DNA of 63,892 bases, filler included, from Hausera hauseri (lineage: Eukaryota): assembly GCA_046269625.1 (NCBI GenBank). It is 12 parts of 12 records of this genome, joined end to end, with 100 filler letters (N's around TTAATTAATTAA, not from the genome) between each part and the next. Parts side by side here need not be neighbours in the genome. Positions count along the whole stretch, not along the records: positions 59,407 to 63,892 come from JBJURY010558007.1; 11 more parts are not named here. One strand, 5' to 3'. The position numbers and the translations under genes are program-made. The notes beneath the pieces are model-generated. The model had not been told where the DNA came from, ran no database searches, and saw only the letters and a list, made by a program, of their open reading frames with translations. Every line of letters starts with the position of its first letter. Position 1 is the first letter of the stretch. Positions 59,989 through 63,892 of the stretch are shown in pieces.

Positions 59989-62900
59989 AAGCGATTCAAT
60001 TGTTGTTGTTGTTGTTGTACAAAATAAATGGAAATGATTGTTCTATTCAGACTTGACTTTGCGGTATACCTGATTGTTATAGCCAGACAGGTGTGGTTCG
60101 ACCAAAATATAGGTTACAAAAAAATTAAAATGATCGTTACAGTTAGATAGGTGGAGATATGTGGTTGTCCGAAACTGGGTCAGTCTAAAATTTTTTCCGA
60201 CTCAACTCATTACGGTAAGTCCCATTATAATAATATAAAAATTATTAAAAGAAAAACAACATTCACTGGATGATGCATCTTCGTTTGTTGCAAATTTTCG
60301 AAATGACGATAAACTAAGTGCCATGGTACTTTATATGCTAGTATGTATAGTGGTCATAATTTATTGACACACATTGCTGATGTTGAAAACAGTGCTTTCA
60401 AAAAATAACACAGTCTCAACTTCAAATGTCCAATATTTCGGGATTGAATTTTAGTCTGAAGAGCGAACAAATCATGAGAAATAATATGATATTTTCATTA
60501 ATGTTAGCTTCACATTTGGTGGTGGTGGTACTCATTAGTTTGTAGGCAGACTGTCACCACCACCACCTTGTGAGTAGTAGTAGTACTCAATTATGAGCTA
60601 GTTGTAATATGTGCGTTATCGCACAAAATAAAATTCACGATTTTTCTACAAAAAACGAACGCATTTACAACGATGATGATTTAGACTTTTTACCAATGCG
60701 TTTTTTCGATTCGGTTGCGTTGTTCACCCGGATCCATTGGTCTGATCATGAGGCGCCTATAATATGAAATGCTCAACTACTGATGGTCTACGTGCTCAAC
60801 TCATTTCCACAACCAGCAGACTTGAACAATATTAAATATTTAGAGTTTGAACATCAATTTTTCCCAATGTTCCCAAGGTCAGACGAAGTTGAATTTGTGC
60901 GCATTCGATTCCCAGACATTGATTTAACATTTTACACCAAACTTTGCGCAATTCGTTACTCGTGTCTCGTTTCTCATAAAACATTTCCTGTTGAAATTAA
61001 ACAACTACAAAACCGGATACGTCACACTCAGAAAATCGAAATTCGTACTAACCAGTGAAAATAGAAATAAACGAATTGTTTAAAGAACTGGAAGTCTACA
61101 TATATAAATACGCTCTCACTGCTTCAGAAATAGCCACCAAATTAGAGTTTTTACAAAGATGGCAGCGCGAAGTGACATTCGAAATAATCAATTATCAAGA
61201 AAAAGGAATTATCCAAGCAGAAGAACTGTCAGTTGTTGAACTCATTTCATAATGTTTGTGGCTTTAGAAACTGCATCCGAACGACTCTAATGCCTGAAAT
61301 GCATCAGATATTGAGCAAAGTACGAGAAATGGCACAAAAATCAAACGTAATCCGACAACTAGACACAAATAATTGATTACGAACTTCCAGATAACAAAAA
61401 CGATCTAGAAAGGGATGCGTATTTAGAAGCAACGGTTGGTGAAAATCCGAAAATTGCAGTATACCTGTATGAAATGGAAATGTACCCAGAGAATCGGAGA
61501 TTCAATGTGGAAATGCTTCTGGATCCAGCGTTAACTGAGATTTAATTGAACTTGTTAGCATAAATATCACTGAAAATAGGTTAAGACAGGTCATTCCTAA
61601 TTTAACTAAATTATCTTGCGAAAACACGATTTATAGTTGTAAAGCGTTTGCCTTACAAACGAAATGTTATAAAAAATTCCATATGACCCAAATTATGGAA
61701 ATTACCGAAGTTTAAAATGCCATATGACTCAAATTATCGAATTAGTAAAAGCCCAGTACGAAAATTCAGAATTATACATGACCAAAATTATAGAAAGATT
61801 AAAAATCCATCACCAAAATATCATGGAGTTAAAATCACGAAATTGAACCGACAAAATTTACGAGAACTAATAAACCGTAAATAGGGCAAGTATTTGATGA
61901 ACCCAGGAAAATTAAATTTCATGTTCAAGAATAAAAATACAATCAACAAAAAACATTAAAAATAAAAATTTTAAATTTTAAATTTACTTAATTTAGGAGA
62001 GATTAAGTTTTTAAAAACACGTGAAACAAAGTAAGGTGAATTTTTTGGAAAAAGCTTGCTTCTTGCTTACACAGAAATTCAAATGACTCGCATCGACAAA
62101 GGGAACAGAAATCAGACTGTCACACGGAAAGATAAATTGTGGCGAACAAAAGAAATAAGTTCGGATGAAATGGGAATGATAGCAATGGGAATAACTCATG
62201 AATCAATGATACCGATGAAGAAGATCCGCCCTGATGAACCGCATGCGAAAGAAAATCTCCAGGAGTTGAGAAACGAGCGATACAAATAAAAAAGCCCGCC
62301 CTGCCGACTCTCATGAGAAGGAGAATCCCCTGGCGGTAGATCAACAACTGATGCCAGCGAAAAGACCTGCACAAACGAATCTACAAATTTCGAGAGAGCG
62401 TTACTAACGGATACCGAGGAGGACTTTTCCGGTTCATGGTTATCTCGCGATGGTATGTCGGATGGGGAGAGCAGGCTGAACATCAGAAAGGGCGGCAAGC
62501 CCCGAATTAGAATGAAACTGGTAGTTTATCATTCCCCGGTCAGAACGATAAATCTCGTCAGCTCGGGCGAGGAGGACATCTAAGTGCCAGAGAGCGACAC
62601 ATGGAGCGTTGATTTGGATGAAAAGAACTATTCTCAGGAGATGTCCCCGTGCGCTCCTGACCCCGTTACGCATCCAGAAGATCGATACCCGTCGACGGCG
62701 CCGACCACTGTAAGCAGTAACGGGGATCAAGACGGCAACACATATGCAGAGATGACCGGCTCAAGTCAACCATGGATCAACTGCGCTGATATCGGGATAT
62801 CGTTTCCCTATCGGACCGTTTGCCACTACCACAACCATGATGAATCCAGGCAAATCCAGCGGTGAGGAAAACGCACTGAACCAGGACGCAATCATTGTAC

Positions 62901-63396
62901 GACTTGGAATCAACATATGAAAGAGACCAGTGAAACCTGGTCTGCGCACCCCTCCTGGGCGATCCTATTCGGACTTCAGAGTTGTTTGCAAAATCTTCTA
63001 ACGGAGCTGTCTGATCAGGCGACTTACTAGGCTGCACCGTCAAGATCTTTCTGCACTCCCGTCCGGGCGACTTACCGAATTTCATACCGAAGGGGAGCGA
63101 AGAAGGATCTTCGACTCCTGGGGATTTATGGCAGTGTTCATTAGGGCGATGGCGGCCGCAAACTTCCTGTTCGAGGTGCTTCACTCTACCACTAACCTGG
63201 TCGTCCCAGGATACCGTTTAAATGGATGCAATAAACGCTTAGCTCGTTACTTTTGTTACCTTTTTTCTCTTTACAGTAACTCGACGAACATGTTTAGGGG
63301 TTTCCACAAAACTAGGACGTCAAAATCCCCCAAAATAGTGCTGTGCCAAAAGCCTTAATAAGAAAATATGCTAAAACCTTAAGGGGTAAACCCGAT

Positions 63397-63625
63397 ATGA
63401 CGTTAAAAGTAAAGCTGTTGTCCGACTGGATGGATGAGAAAGAATGCAAGTGCGCAACGACCTCATCTATTAGAGACGTAAAACAATGGGTAATAAACAA
63501 CGGTGCTGAAAACGACGTCAATTATCGACACTATTTTAGAGGCAGAATATTAGACTAATTCGAATGTCTATTAGATGTTGGAATTATTCCAGGCGAAACA
63601 AATCGTATACTAGTTACGATCTCAA
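63397..63625 (+). pseudogene. Ubiquitin-like (beta-grasp) domain with an in-frame TAA and no C-terminal GG
   Basis: MTLKVKLLSD...TSSIRDVKQWVINNGAENDVNYRHYFRGRILD*FECLLDVGIIPGETNRILVTI follows the ubiquitin pattern MQIFVKTL...DTIENVKAKI...[29 protein letters not shown]. Confidence 0.55.
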
Positions 63626-63892
63626 ATGAAGAAACGCAAGAAGCTATACGTAAATCCTAAACAGAACAGTGCGTAGGACGAGTCATGGGAGTACAAGAGC
63701 TGCAATGTATTTCGAATACTTGAAGACGGATGAAGATAAAGAACAATATGAGTAGATCGCGTCTCTACTATCCCAACCTCAACCTGGCTTTATGATTGTA
63801 AAATAGAATTATTCATAAGAGATGCTGCTATACCAAAAGGCATACTGTTGAAACAAAATTGTCCCCATTTAGTCGAAAAAGCTGTTTTCAAC

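Noticed and set aside
60518-60567. GGTGGTGGTGGT...ACCACCACCACC inverted repeat
   Set aside because: The arms are simple trinucleotide repeats, with no evidence of function.

Overview
This window is not one locus. It is 12 short contigs joined by artificial 100-nt linkers (N44-TTAATTAATTAA-N44, which gives stops in all six frames). Contigs: 1-6567, 6668-13817, 13918-22874, 22975-27321, 27422-32625, 32726-36851, 36952-41357, 41458-45722, 45823-49837, 49938-54387, 54488-59306, 59407-63892. Almost all of it is eukaryotic. It includes (i) compact-genome animal genes: alpha-spectrin and RABL6 with 38-48 nt introns, an abLIM first exon, and a possible TM7SF3-like gene; (ii) one teleost-like contig (fish-type Tc1 and Rex1/Babar); (iii) a ~180-nt bacterial ispB fragment fused to the spectrin contig end; and (iv) many decayed mobile elements (Ty3/gypsy, BEL/Pao, Tc1/mariner, non-LTR). 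Two recurring oddities in the LTR retroelements stand out. First, two divergent Ty3/gypsy-like elements carry a chuvirus-type envelope glycoprotein UPSTREAM of protease-RT-RNase H; in one, it is in the same reading frame as the protease (an Env-Pol polyprotein with no Gag in between). Second, ubiquitin-like domains ending in RIRGG or LKLKRG sit N-terminal to Gag in both a Ty3/gypsy and a BEL/Pao element, with two more decayed UBL domains on other contigs. The BEL/Pao Gag also has CCCH rather than CCHC fingers. All family assignments come from manual translation and motif recognition; no database search was run.
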